From assembly GCF_963921235.1 (NCBI RefSeq), contig NC_086098.1, positions 6,510,001-6,574,000 of the forward strand: 64,000 nt of DNA. Direction: 5' to 3'. Position numbers and translations under genes: made by a program. Under the pieces are notes generated by a model, which worked only from the letters and a program-made list of their open reading frames with translations, made no database searches and was not told the DNA's origin. The DNA comes from Mobula hypostoma (taxonomy: Eukaryota). Positions 1 to 13,500 of the stretch are shown here, piece by piece; position 1 is the first letter of the stretch, and each line of letters opens with the position of its first letter.

Positions 1-594
1 CCCCCAAGAAAGACCATGATCGGCAGAACAACAGAAACTAGTCATTCACCCAACAATTGGACACACCACAGGCACTCTCTCCTTAATCAGGAACAGAGAG
101 GTGTCCATATTTCACAGTGAGAAGGGAGACATTACTGAACAAGTCACTGATTTCAGTGTAAAAGCCTCCCGTATCACATTTTTTCCTGAGTTCTCCGTCT
201 CAAGAAGCGGCAACAAACCAACCAACGTGAGAAAGAGAGAGGGGACGTGATTCACTAAATACAGAGCCCCCGACAGCTGATCCACTGTTCCCAATATTTG
301 ATTTTCTCCCACAACACCAGTCGGTGGCACCACTTAGAATCTGCCCACCCCCAGGGCTGCAAAGCTTCGGAACCCTAAAGGTACACTCACCTTCCAGACC
401 GGGCCCTTGGGATATCAAAAAATGGGCGGCTGTGAGCTCACGGAAGCAGATCCCACCGCCGCAAAGAACTGAAGCTGAGTGTAGCTCTAGGCAAGGGTTT
501 TCGACAGAAGTCCATCTACCTTGAAAAAGAAAAAGAGATAGGGATTAAGCTGTTTCCGCGGGTGATCTCGAAGGAGTCGCTGTTGAGCGTCATC
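1..594 (-). mobile_element. Non-autonomous retroelement, 5' portion (same family as 63190-63971)
   Basis: Minus-strand start GATGACGCTCAACAGCGACTCC resembles GATGGCGCTAAACGGCGACTCC at 63971. The internal block ctctctccttaat...gagacatta...ttttcctgagttctc matches 63525-63640. Confidence 0.6.
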
Positions 595-1239
595 ACAACT
601 CCGCCCTCTGCAACTCGCTGCCTATATGTGCAAATGATTGATATCGCGCTGTATCCTTTGCCAGTCTTGCACACTATCCACAACTCCACCAATCTTGGTA
701 CCATCTGCAAACTTACCAACCCACTCATCCACTTTTTCATGCTGGTCATTCATAAACATCACAAACAGCATAGGTATCAGCACAGATCCTCTCCACCATT
801 GAGGACATCTTCAGATGGCAATATCCATTATTAACAACCTTAACCATCTGGGACATGCTTTGGATCACAAAGGTTCAAGATACAACAATACCAAATGTCA
901 AACTCTTAATGAAGTATAGCGGCTGTCATGCCTTCTCCATTGGAATCTCCAAGCTTTTCTTTACTGTCTAAGCAATCGGATTTTATTACCTGGACCATGC
1001 GAGGACATGTCTTACGTACCAATCAACTGTAGCAGAGCGAATGGTGCTTGATACAAAAGAAATCAGCATTGGTGAGAAAAGGCATCCTCAAACATCGTGA
1101 GCTAAAAAGTCTGCAAAAACATCTATAAGAATCAAAATTCACTCAGATTTCACTAAAGAGATCAACTTTAGAAATTACCTTTGTTTCACTTCTCTTAGTG
1201 TTGCTTATAAGAAAAAAATGAATCTATAAGCTTATTGTG

Positions 1240-2035
1240 ATGAGGATGCCAGCGAACAACGTAACCAAGGGCGACATACTCCAGGAGGTTCACAAAACTA
1301 CTTGGTTCAGTTCTTTCTCTTCTCCTTTTTCTTGCAAATGTAGTTCCGCTGTGTTGGAACCTGTGATCTACTGTTCCATACGAGTGATCTACACTTTGCT
1401 GGTGTGTTTTTGGACCGATTGCGTGATCTAGTGATTTGCTGTCTCCGAGAGCATTCTGTGAGTGAAGCATGCGACCTCGCGGATAAAAACCCTGGAGAAG
1501 GAGTGCAAGGCCACGATCGACTCCAGTTCTCACAGATTAAAGCACTGAGGAAAACTGAACTCAACGCGGTGAGTGCGGAAAGCAAGTAGGTGTTCAGTGC
1601 CCTCACTCACTGCTGCGTGTGCTTTTGACAGTCTTCATCTCCCTCTCACTTGCTGCTCCCGGAGGAAGGTTTGATCAATGTGATTTGTGGATTGGATACT
1701 GTAGTTCATCATCTGATGTGTCTCTGGCTTCTGCTCCCTCCTTTTTATGTTGAATTTGAATCAGAGCAGCCTGCAGAAAACAGACACTGAGTTGAACTGA
1801 ATATACCTTGGACTCTTTTGACTTTGTGTTTTATATTCTGTGTTTCTCGCATGTTGCCATTTGTCTGATATGTTTTTTTTCTGCACGTGGGGTGGGGGGG
1901 TGTGGTTGATACTTTTCTTTGAACGGATTCCACGGTTTTTCTCTGTTTCATGGTGGTCCATGGGAAGATGAATCTCAAGGTTGTACACCGCATACACACT
2001 TCGATAATAAATGTACTTTGAATCTTTGAATCCTT
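1240..2035 (+). mobile_element. Non-autonomous retroelement with Rex/Babar-type 3' tail
   Basis: Homologous (reverse complement) to 46385-47290. Ends gaatctcaaggttgtaca...gataataaatgtactttgaatctttgaatc. Confidence 0.6.
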
Positions 2036-2794
2036 TTATTGATGTGAAAATAAGATGATATATTATCTACATCACCAGCTGAGATTGGATTTTGGTCTTG
2101 TCATAACCTCAAGTTGATCTCATAAAGATTCTATTGTAGTCGAGTTGCAAAATGTTAAATACTTCTATGTGGTTGGCACATGTCCTTTAACAATGATATG
2201 TTTTCTTTAATGCCTCATTTACTTTGTGTATGTTGAGCCTTTAACTCTTCCTTAACACTTCACTGGAAAATTTCTTCCTGGAATCTCAGGAGATGCCTTC
2301 TTTTCTCCATGGGGTGATCTACCATACATAAGAATGTGCCTATGACCTCAGCGTCCTATCCAACCACCACACCTATAAAGAAAATTAAAAGCTGTCAGTC
2401 TGAGAAGTACTGTGACCTCATAAAACAGGTGCAGAGCAAACTGTTCACATGACTGGCCCCTTGTCCTCAGAGAACGAAGAGGCGACATTGCAGCTTGTAT
2501 AAGTTCTAGGTGGATTTAACTTGGGTAGAACCATTAATCAGAGCCTCAAACTGCCTAACCTCCAATAAGGAGGGGAACGATAACACGATAGAATCTCTGA
2601 TTATTTAAAGCTTTGTAGTATTACATTTGTAAGTCAATGGAGTGCTGATAACTCCAATTCCGTGCTGAGAATCAGAATCAGGTTTAGCAACACTTGAGAT
2701 TTGTTGTTTTGCAGCGGCAGTACAGTGCAAGACATAAAATATGCGATAAATTATATAAAAATATACATTTTTTAAAAATGTACACTTCAGTGAG

Positions 2795-5465
2795 TTCCAT
2801 GCCTGCCATGGCACTAAGCTTTTCTTCTGCCACCTCCGTCTCCAAGCCTACTTTGGCGAGGACTCACCGATAAACCCTTTTCCTATCTTAGATAGATAGA
2901 TAGATATACTTTATTAATCCCGAGGGAAATTTGGTTTTGTTACAGCCACACCAACCAAGAATAGAGCGTAAATATAGCAATACAAAAAACCCCAACAATC
3001 AAACAACAAAATGCAAACTATGCCAGATGGAAAATAAGTCCAGGACCAGCCTATTGGCTCAGGGTGTCTGACCCTCCACGGGAGGAGCTGCACGTTCGAT
3101 GGCCACAGGCAGGAACGACCTCCCGTGCCGCCCAGTGTTGTATCACGGTAATGTGGCCAAAGTCCAACAGTCAACCCTCCATCTATTCCCGGACACCCCG
3201 CTCTGGTCTTCTGCCTGCTCTGGACCCTTTCATTGCCAACTGCTGACAGAACATCAACAGTCTCAACTTCAACACTCCTCTCTCCAATTCCAACCTCACC
3301 TCTTCCGAACACTCTGCTCTGCACTCCCTCCGCACTAATCCTAATCTCACTATCAAACCCATAGATAAAAGGGGTGCTGTAGGAGTCTGGCGGACTGTCC
3401 TCTACCTTGGTGAGGCACAGAGAGAACTCTCAGATGCCTCCTCTTACCCCTCAAACAGGATCCCACTAAGGAGCACCAGGCCATTGTCTCCCACACCATC
3501 ACCGACCTTATTAGCTCTGGGGATCTCCCATCCACTGACACCAGCCCCATAGTTCCTGCACCCCGCATCTCCTGTTTCTATCTCCTACCCAAGATCCACA
3601 GACCCGCTTGTCCAGGTAGACCCATTGTTTTAACTTTTTCCAGCTCACTGAATTCGTATCTGCATACTTCGACTCTGCTTTATCCCCCCCAGTTCAATGC
3701 CTTCCTACCTACATCCATGACACTCCACATACTCTTGATCTTTTCAAAGAGTTCAAGCTCCCTGGCCTCCATCATCTTATTTTCACTCTGTCTGTCCAGT
3801 CCCTGTGCACCTCCACCCCCACCAGGAAGGCCACAGAGCTCTCTGTTTCTTTTTGGACAGCAGACCTAACTGGTTCCACTCCACCCTCACTCTCCTCCAC
3901 CTAGCAGAACATGTCCTCACTCTAAATAATTTCTCCTTTGGCTCCTCCCACTTCCTTCAAGCAAACGGTGTAGCCATGGGCACCTGCATGGGCCCCACTA
4001 TACCTGCCATTTTGTCGGCTACGTGGAACAGCCTATGTTCCAAGCCTACACTGGTGTCCATCCCCCACTTTTCCTACACTATATCGACAACTACATTGGC
4101 GCTGCTTCCTGCACCCATGCAAAGCTCGTCGACTTCATCAACTTTGACTCCAACTTCCACCCTGCTCTCAAATTTACCTGGTCCATTTCTGACACTTCTC
4201 TTCACTTTCTCGATCGCACTGTCTCTATCTGTGGAGAGAGCTTATCTACTGATGTCTATTATAAACCCACGGACTCTCACAGCTACCTCTTCCCACCCTA
4301 CTACCTGTAAAAATGCCTTCCCTCAATTCCACGGTCTCTGCCACATCTGCTCTCAGGATAAGGCTTTTTATTCCAGAATGAAGGAGATGTCCTCCTTTAT
4401 CAAAGACAGGGGCTTCCATTCCTCCACCATCAACTCTGCCCACAATCACATCTCTTCCATTTCACACATGCCTGCTTTTACTCCATCCTTCCACCGCTCT
4501 ACCAGGGATTGGGTTCCTCTTGTCCTTACTTACCACCCCACCAGCCTCCGCATGCAGCACAAAATTCTCCAGAATTTCCACTTCTCCAAAAGGATCCCAC
4601 CACATAGAACATCTTTCCCTCCTCCTCACTTTCTGCAGCGATCGCTCCCTATGCAAAACCCTTGTCCATTCACCTCTCCCCACTGATCTCCCTCCTGGCA
4701 CTTATCCTTGCAAGTGGAACAAGTGTTACATCTGCCCCTACACCTCCTTCCTCACTACCATTCAGGGGTCCAAACAGTCTTCCTGGTGAGGCAACACTTC
4801 ACCCGTGAGTCCGTTGGGGTCATATACCATGTCCCATGCTCACAGTGAGGCCTCCTGTATATCGGTGAGACCCGACATAGATTGGGGGATCACTTCACCA
4901 AGTGCCTACACTCTGTCCACCAGAAAATACGTGATCTCCCAGTGGCCACCCATTTAATTCCATTTCCCATTCCAATAGGTCCATCCATGGCCTCCTCTAC
5001 TGCCATGATGAGGCCACACTCAGGTTTGGAGGAACAACACCTTATATTCCGTCTGAGTAGCCTCAAACCTGATGGCATGAACATTGATTTTTCAAACCTC
5101 CAGTAATGCCTCCCCCTTTACCATTCCCCATCCCCTTATTCCTTTCTCACCTTATCTCCTCACCTGCCCATTGCCTCCCACTGGTGCTTCTCCCCCTTTT
5201 CTTTCTTCCATGACCTTCCGTCCTCTCCTCTCAGACTCCCCCTTCTCCAGTCCTGCATCTCTTTCACTGACCAACTTCCCAGCTCTTTACTGCATTCGTC
5301 CCCCTCCCATTTTCATCTATTACTTTGTCTTTCTTCCTCCTCTCCTCCCACCTTTTAAATCTACTTATCTTTTTTCCTCCAGTGCTGCTGAAACGTTGAC
5401 TGTACTTTTCTCCGTAGATGCTGCCTGGCCTGCTGAGTTCCTCCAGCATTTTGTATGTGTTGCCT
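2795..5465 (+). mobile_element. Penelope-like retroelement, decayed (RT plus GIY-YIG endonuclease)
   Basis: Frameshifted RT motifs GVAMGT.MGP and LHYIDNYIG (ORFs 3805 and 4023). GIY-YIG-like GVIY...C..GLLYIGET around 4815-4880. Pyrimidine-rich 3' repeat ending gatgctgcctggcctgctgagttcctccagc. Confidence 0.88.
2890..3172 (-). mobile_element. Rex1/Babar-type LINE 3' fragment inserted in the Penelope element
   Basis: (GATA)n tail at 2890-2905 and C-terminal RT-like residues. Penelope sequence resumes at caaccctcc (~3173). Confidence 0.6.
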
Positions 5466-5467
5466 GT

Positions 5468-5590
5468 ATACATTCAGTGGCCACGTTGTCAGGTACACTT
5501 GTACACCTGCTCGTTAATACAGATACCTAATCTGCCAAATGTGGCAGCAACTCAATGTATAAAAGCATGCTGACTTGGTCAAGAGGCTTG
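5468..5590. mobile_element. Tc1/mariner terminal fragment
   Basis: TA followed by CATTCAGTGGCCAC, the reverse complement of the end at ~40460-40476 (gtgtccactgagtg-TA). Confidence 0.6.
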
Positions 5591-5599
5591 GAGTTGGAG

Positions 5600-6366
5600 C
5601 CTTACTGTTGGAGTGAACAATTCGGAGGGGAGAAAATAGGGCACAGGAGTTCCGATGCCCATCCAACTAACTTGGGTACAAGGGTAGATCATTGTAAGTA
5701 CCAGCCCAATTTAGTGAGGTCAAGAAAGGCTTTTTTGGCAGCAAAATCCACGTCCGAAGCAAATCGATGGACGGCATGTTCAAGGCCCGGATTGTAATGC
5801 GAGGCACAATCCGCTGTTTGGGCAATCCAAATGCCAGTCCACGGAGTGGACTGGAAAGCAAGGTGATGAGAGTCGAATGAGGTTCAACTGCTCTTGGCGC
5901 TGAGCTGATTTGGAAAGGTTGAGAAAAGCTCCTTCAGCAGCAAAATCTAAGCCCGTACTGACTCACTGGCAGCAGGACAATGTAAACGCTGGCCCAGGTA
6001 GTCTGGGGACTCTTTTCTCCATGACGTTAAGTCTGAGAGACTGCCCCCGGCTGCTGTGCATCGTATCTGAGAACTATGAAACGACCTGCCCGCTAATATA
6101 ATGAACTGAATACCGAGGCTTTGGGCCTACTCTGAGCTGCTCCAGGGATTTGAATCTAAGCAACCTATTTGCATCGCTTTTATTGTTTATTGTTTGTCTG
6201 ATTTGTTCAGTATCTTTCTTTTCTCATTTTTTGTGGATACTAGTCTTACTTTTTTTAAAAAATTGGGTTCTTTTGGGTTCCTTGCTTTGCGACTGCCTGT
6301 AAGCAAACAAATCTCAAGGCTGTATAATTTATGCATTCTTTAATAATAAATGCACTTTGAAATTTT
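5600..6366 (+). mobile_element. Non-autonomous retroelement with Rex/Babar-type tail
   Basis: Ends aatctcaaggctgtata...aataaatgcactttgaaattttgaa, the same tail as at ~2010. Confidence 0.45.
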
Positions 6367-7074
6367 GAACACAGGGACCTCCTTCCAGGAGCATCACGTG
6401 AGAGAGAGTTAGAGGCCATCACACACAGACACTCCTCTGGCAGCAGCTCACAAGAGGATGCTAGACGGAGCTGAACGTCTTCCTCTTTCATCTCGATGAA
6501 CTCAATTTTCTTTGATGCTTCACTTGGCAAGATTGGCACGAAATAAAGTCAATCATGGGCTCGCACCCTGTCTCCAGGCTTCTTGGCCTTGAGACTACCT
6601 GCTTCGCTCGAAACCTCACCAAACTCCCTCAGACACAGCAAAGCACTAGATCGCTTAATCAGCCCAAAGACTCATCACCAAAAACGTAGATCACAGACTC
6701 CAAAAGTTGAAAGAAAAAGAAGACGTAAAAGAAATGAAAGAGTCTCTGATATTTTTGCCCCTAACACTACCTCAGTAATTTATTCCAGACACGCACTACT
6801 GTGTAAAAATCACGCCCTCATATCTCAGCTGAAATTACCCCTTCTCAAATTATACAGGAAGATGTTTTATTTTACAGATGATCCATATGATTTTGACACT
6901 GAACTTGCATCGTGGTTCTCTTTAACGCAGTTTGTGCGAAGAGCAAAAATCTCTCAAATGTGAATTTCAATAACAAGGTTCACTGAATAACAACCAACAT
7001 TTTGTCAATGCAGTGTTCCCAGCTGGTGTATTCCAAGTCCTTGTTTGTTCCTACTGTGTAGCACATGTGCTAAA

Positions 7075-8030
7075 ATCAGAACCAGAGTTAATAACTTCGT
7101 TAACTTTGTGAAATTTGTTAACTTTGTAGCAGCAGTATAATGCAATACATAATAATAGAGAGAAAAAATTGTAAATTACAGTAAGTGTATCATGTATATC
7201 AAATAGTTAAACAAATAGTCCAAGAACAGAAATTAAAAAAGTAGTTCATGGGTTCAATGCCCATTCAGAAATCAGATAGCAGAGGGGAAGAAGGTGTTCC
7301 TGAATTGTTGAGTGTGTGACTTTTGGCTTCTGTACTTCCTTCCTGATGGTAACAGTGAGCAAGGGGCATGTCCCGGGTGGTGGGGGCCCTCAGTGATGAA
7401 CGCCACCTTTTTGAAGCATCGCTCCATGAAGATGTCCTGGATACTAAGGAAGCTAGTACCCATGGTGGAGATGGTTCAGTTTACAACTCTCTGCAGCTTA
7501 TTTGGATCCTGTGCAGATGCCCCTCTCTCCCCTCTATGCCACACGGTGATGCAGCCAGTTAGAATGCTCTCCATGGTACACCTGTAGAAATTGGCGAGTA
7601 TTTTTGGTGATAGACCAACTCTCCTCAAACTCCTAATGAAGTATAGTCACTGTCCTGCCTTCTTTATAAGTGCATTGATATGTTGGGACCAGGTTAGTTT
7701 CTCAGAGATCTTGACACCCAGGAACTGAAACTTCTCACTCTCTCCACTTCTGATCCCTCTATGAGGATTGGTATGTGTTCCTTCGTCTTAACCTTCCTGA
7801 AGTCCACAATCAGCTCTTTGGTGTTACTAACATTGAGTGCAAGGTTGCTGCTACAACACCACTCAATTAGCTAGTGTATCTCACTCCTATATTCCCTCTC
7901 CTCACCATCTGAGATTCTGCCAACAATGGTTGTGTTGTCAGCAAATTTATAAATGGCATTTGAGCTGTGCCTAGCCACACAGTCATGGGTATAGAGAGGG
8001 CAGAGCGGTGAGGCATACTCAACTCACATG
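7075..8030 (-). mobile_element. Rex1/Babar-type LINE, 5'-truncated (RT C-terminus plus 3' UTR)
   Basis: Minus-strand translation LYTHDCVARHSSNAIYKFADNTT near 7930-7995. HHPGHA..SLLPSGRKYRS..SHTQQFRNTFFPSAI in ORF 7272. Confidence 0.8.
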
Positions 8031-8224
8031 CCATTGTACTTGTGATCTGTGATGGTTGCAATTTCAGTGCTACCCCTTTAGATAGAGTAGTAGCAGAAGA
8101 GATGGGGTTAGTAAAATCTTCATGAGGTGGGAGAAATATGCTTTAGATTCGATTCTGATTTATCTATCACATGTTACAAGAAAGCATACAGTGAAATGCA
8201 TCATTTGAGTTAGCAACCAACACA

Positions 8225-8720
8225 CCCACCTGCACGAAAGATGTAAATGAGGTTGAAAGAGTACAGAGAAAATTTACAAGGGTATTGCCAGTACTAGAAA
8301 ACCTGAGTTATAAGATAAAATTGAACAGGTTGGGGCTTTATTCCTCAGAACAGAGAAGGAAGATTTGACAGAGGTAAACAGAATTATGGGCGGTATAGAT
8401 AGGGTTTTTCCACTGAGGTTGTGTGGGATTACAACTAGAGGTCATGGGTTAAGGGTGAAAGGTGAAAAATTTAAGGGAAAGATGAGAGGAAACTTCTTCA
8501 GTCAGGGTTGTGAGAGTGTGGAATGAGTTGCTGGTGCAAGTGATGCAAGTGAGCTCAGTTTCAACGTTTAAGAAAAGTTCGGATAGGTACTGTGCGCGGA
8601 TGGTTGGGGTATGGAGGGCTATGGTCCAGGTGTCAGTCAATAGTACAAGGCAGTTTAAATGGTTTGGCGTGACTAGATGGGCTGAAAGGCCTGTTTCTGT
8701 GGTGTACTTTTCTATGACAA
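8225..8720 (+). mobile_element. CR1 LINE 3' fragment
   Basis: ERVQRKFTR and RVWNEL motifs, CR1 3' hairpin gggctgaaaggcct, tttctatg tail. Confidence 0.85.
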
Positions 8721-9309
8721 TATAACCTTAGAATGTCCTTGGGGGTCAGTCTGCAAGTGTCACCACACTTTCTGACCCCAGCGTAGCATGCCCACAATGT
8801 TTGGCAGAACAGCGCAGAACCCAACAAACAACGACAACAAAAAAGCCCCTTTCCTCTGCCCCACCTACCCACACACACGGACACACCATCAACTCTAGGA
8901 CAGGCCTCCAGGCCTCCATTCTCCAGGGTCCAGGGTTCAGCCATTGGGCTTTTGCTTCCAGACTTCTGATAGAACTTTGGGCTCCAATCATCAGCCCCCA
9001 GGCAGGACTCTGAATTCCAGAACTACTGGTTTACAGTCGACTGAGCTCAAATATGTCATTGTGAATTTTGTTCCAATGCTGACATCATTTGGTGAGATTT
9101 ACCATGGAAATTTGCTGGAGAAATACACGCAGATCACATAGATAGGTGAGGACAGATGGAACAGAATACAGGAAAATGCAAAATTATTCATTTTAATATA
9201 AAAAGTTGAGCTCGTTTAATGTTGATGCTGAGAGTGACTGATTGTCTTTCAACATAAACAATAGAATGTCTGTTTGAAAGGCAAATATCTAATTGACATT
9301 GCAGGGTGA

Positions 9310-10215
9310 TTTAAAGGTTCAAAGGATCAAAAGTTTATGTTATTGTCAAAATATACATGTACAATAAGTCTCTGATATTTGTCTTCTCCAGATAACTGTG
9401 AAAAACCATCATGCACCCCGACAGGTAAAAGAAAAATAAACAAAACTTGCAAACCCCAAAACCCTCCACCCCTTCCCTCGCAAAGAAAGCGATGATAACA
9501 TCAAAACCCTCACCTCTTCCCTTGCAGTAAAAGACAGCGATATTAGCATTAAAGCCCCCCAACACCCTCTCTCACACACAAAAGCTAACAGCTTCGTCAA
9601 CACAGGAAAACTTCAGCAAGAACATCAAACATCAAATCCCCAACTTTTCCCTTGTATAAAAAGTAACATACCACCTACCTGCCGATTGGCAACACCAAAA
9701 ACTGAAGGAAACCAATAGAAAGTACAGTCCAATAATCACATAAATCTCAGAATATCAAAAAGATCTAACTGTCAGCTTCCGAGGAGAGTGGCCACATGGA
9801 GTCAGTCTTTCCGTGAAGAGTGACAGCCACACCGGGCCAGAACGTGAAATCTGCCGATCCAACTACTAACCCTGTGGCCTCCATTGACAGTGATCGCTGA
9901 CCTCTCTGCATTCACCTCGATGCTTCAATTTCCCTCGCCGCTTCAACATGGAGTCATTCATGACCCCGCATCCTGTCTTTGGTCTTTTCCACGAGTCAGC
10001 CCGTGTTCTCAGTCCTTTTCAGGTCCCCGTCTCTGGTCTTCTTCACGAGGCAACGCACTGAACACAGAAGAGCACTACATCATTCGATCGAGTTCCAAAC
10101 TGCACATCACAGATCCAAAGGTTTCCGTAACTCAATCAAGACAAAAAGAACAAGCAGAAGATGTAGAGAAAGTGATATAATTGAAGGGACTGGCTACCTG
10201 GAAGTTGTCACCAAT
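9310..10215 (-). mobile_element. Non-autonomous retroelement with Rex/Babar-type tail
   Basis: Tail aaaggttcaaagg at the left. Layout and 5' region resemble 46385-47290 and 6370-6760. Confidence 0.45.
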
Positions 10216-10349
10216 CAGAAAGAATTTATTAACCCCATTTCTCTGCTACATTAGGGACATTCAAAAGACACATGGATGTTAGAAAAATGAGGGCTATGTG
10301 GGAGGGAAGGGCCAGGCTGATTGAGCCAATGATCTCACTTTAAGCAGTA

Positions 10350-10560
10350 TCACAAACACGAGAAAATCTGTAGATGTTCGCAATCCAAACAACACTCACA
10401 CAATGTTGGAGGAACACAGCAAGTCAGGCAGCATCTACAGAAAAAAGTGAAGAGTCAACGTTTTGGGCCGCATCCCAATGAAGGGTCTCAGCCTGAAAAG
10501 TCGACTGTTTACTCTGTTCCTGGTCTGCTGAGTTCCGCCAGCAACTTGTGTGTTGCATTT
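10350..10560. repeat. Inverted pair of Penelope terminal-repeat fragments (palindrome)
   Basis: 10391-10470 is the approximate reverse complement of 10489-10557. Both arms match the 3' end of the Penelope copy at 5380-5465. Confidence 0.75.
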
Positions 10561-10567
10561 TACTTTT

Positions 10568-13500
10568 ACCATATAACCATATAACAATTACAGCACAGAA
10601 ACAGGCCATCTGGGCCCTTCTAGTCCGTGTCAAAGGCTTACTCTCACCTAGTCCCACTGACCTGCACTAGGCCCACAACCCTCCGTTCCTTTCCTTTCCA
10701 TATAGCTATTCAATTTTACCTTAAATGACAATATCAAGCCTGCCTCTACCACTTCTACTGGAAGCTCGTTCCACACAGCTACCACTCTCTGAGTAAAGAA
10801 GTTCCTCCTCATGTTACTCCTAAACTTTTGCCCTTTAACTCTCAACTCATGTCCTCTCGTTTCAATCTCCCCCACTCTCAATGGAAAAAGCCTATCCATG
10901 TCAATTCTATCAATCCCCCTCATAACTTAAAATATCTCTATCAATTCCCCCCTCAACCTTCTATGCTCCAGAGAATAAAGACCCAACTTGTTCAAACTTT
11001 CTCTGTAACTTTGGTGCTGAAACCCAAGTAATATTCTAGTAAATCTTCCCTGTACTCTCTCTATTTTGTTGACATCTTTCCTATAATTCGGTGACCAGAA
11101 CTGTACACAATACTCCAAATTTGGCCTTACCAATGCCTTGTACAATTTGAACATTACATCCCAACTCCTGTACTCAGTGCTCTGATTTATAAAGGTGAGC
11201 ATACCAAAAGCTTTCTTCACCACCCTATCTACATGAGATTCCACCTTCAGGGAACTATGCACCATTATTCCTAGATCTCTCTGTTCTATTGCATTCTTCA
11301 ATGCCCTACCATTTACCATGTAAGTCCTATTTTGATTAGTTCTACCAAAATGTAGCACCTCACATTTATCAGCAATAAACTCCAACTACCACCTTTTAGC
11401 CCACTCTTCTAACTGGCCTAAATCTCTCTGCAAGCTTTGAAAACCTACTTCATTATCCACAACTCCACCTATCTTAGTATCATCTGCATACTTACTAATC
11501 CAATTTACCACCCCATCATCCAGATAATTAATATATATGACGAACAACATTGGACCCAGTACAGATCCCTGAGGCACACCGCTACACACCGTCCTCCAAT
11601 CTGACACACAGTTATCCACCACAACTCTCTGGATTCAGCCACTGCTGAATCCATTTTACTACTTCAATATTAATACCTAACGATTGAACCTTCCTCTCTA
11701 ACCTTCCATATCGAACCTCGTCAAAGGCCTTACTGAAGTCCATATAGACAACATCCACCGCTTTACACTCGTCAACTTTCCTGGTAACCGCTTCAAAAAA
11801 TTCAATAAGATTTGTCAAACATGACCTTCCACGCACAAATCCATGCTGACTGTTCCTAATAAGAACCTGTCTATCCAGATGATTATATATACCATCTCTA
11901 AGAATACTTTCCATCAATTTACCCACCACTGACATCAAACTCACAGGCCGATAATTGCTAGGTTTACTCTTAGAACCCTTTTTAAACAATGGAACAACAT
12001 GAACAATACGCCAATCCTCCGGCACCATCCCCATTTCTAATGCCATTTGAAATACTTCTGTCAGAGCCCCTGCTATTTCCACACTAACTTCCCTCAAGTT
12101 CCTATGGAATATCCTGTCAGGACCCAGAGACTTATCCACTTTTATATTCCTTAAAAGCGCCATTACTTTCTCTTCTTTAATCATCATAATTTCCATAGCT
12201 ACCCTACTTGTTTCCCTTACCTTACACAATTCAATATCCTTCTCCTTAGTGAATACCAAAGAAAAGAAATTGTTCAAAATCTCCCCTATCTCTTTTGGCT
12301 CCGCACATAGCTGCCCACTCTGATTCTCTAAAGGAAGAATTTTATCCCTCACTATCCTTTTGCTATTAATATAACTGTAGAAACCCTTGGGATTTATTTT
12401 CACCTTACTTGCCAAAGCAACCTCATATCTTCTTTTAGCTTTCCTAATTTCTTTCTTAAGATTCTTTTCACATTCTTTATATTCCTTGAGCACCTCATTT
12501 AATCCAAGCTGCATATATTTATTGCAGATCTCTCTCTTTTTTCCGAACCAAGTTTCCAATATCCCTTGAAAACCATGGCTCTCTCAAACTCTTAACCTTT
12601 CCTTTCAACCTAACAGGAACATAAAGATCCTGTACCCTCAAAATTTCACCTTTAAATGACCCCCATTTCTCTATTACATCCTACCCATAGAACAAATTGT
12701 CCTAATCTACTCCTTCTAAATCCCTTCGCATCTCTTCAAAGATAGCCCTTCTCCAATCAAAAATCTCAACCCTGGGTCCAGACCTATCCTTCTCCATAAT
12801 TATATCGAAAATAATGGCATTGTGATCGCTGGACCTGAAGTGCTCCCCAACACATACCTCTGTCACCTGCCCTATCTCATTCCCTACAGGAGATCCAATA
12901 CTGCCCCTTCTCTAGTTAGTACCTTTATGTATTGCCACAAAAAACTATCTTGCACACATTTTTCAAACTCCAAGCCATCCACCCCTTTTACAGAATGGGC
13001 TTTCCAGTCTATGTGTGGAAAATTAAAATCTCCCACAATCACAACCTTGTGCTTACTACAAATATCTGCTATCTCCTTACAAATTTGCTCCTCCAATTCT
13101 CACTCCCCATTAGATGGTCTATAATACACCCCTATAAGCATTACGACACCTTTCCCATTCTTCAATTCCACCCAAATAACCTCCCTAGACGAGCTCTCTA
13201 ATCTATCCTGCCAAAGCACTGCTATAATATTTTCTCTGACAAGCAATGCAACACCTCCCCCTCTTGCCCCTCCAATTCTATCACACCTGAAGCAACAAAA
13301 TCCAGGAATATTTAGTTGCCAATCACACCCCTCCTGCAACCATGTTTCAATAATAGCTACAACATCATATTCCAGGTATTAATCCATGCTCTAAGCTCAT
13401 CCACCTTTCTTACAATGCTCCTAGCATTAAAATAAATGCATTTAAGAAATTCTCCACCTCTTACTCTCTGTTTATCCCTAACGGTGCAAACAACTTTGTT

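Noticed and set aside
3805..4686. 293-aa ORF as a host gene
   Set aside because: Frameshifted Penelope RT; mostly off-frame translation.
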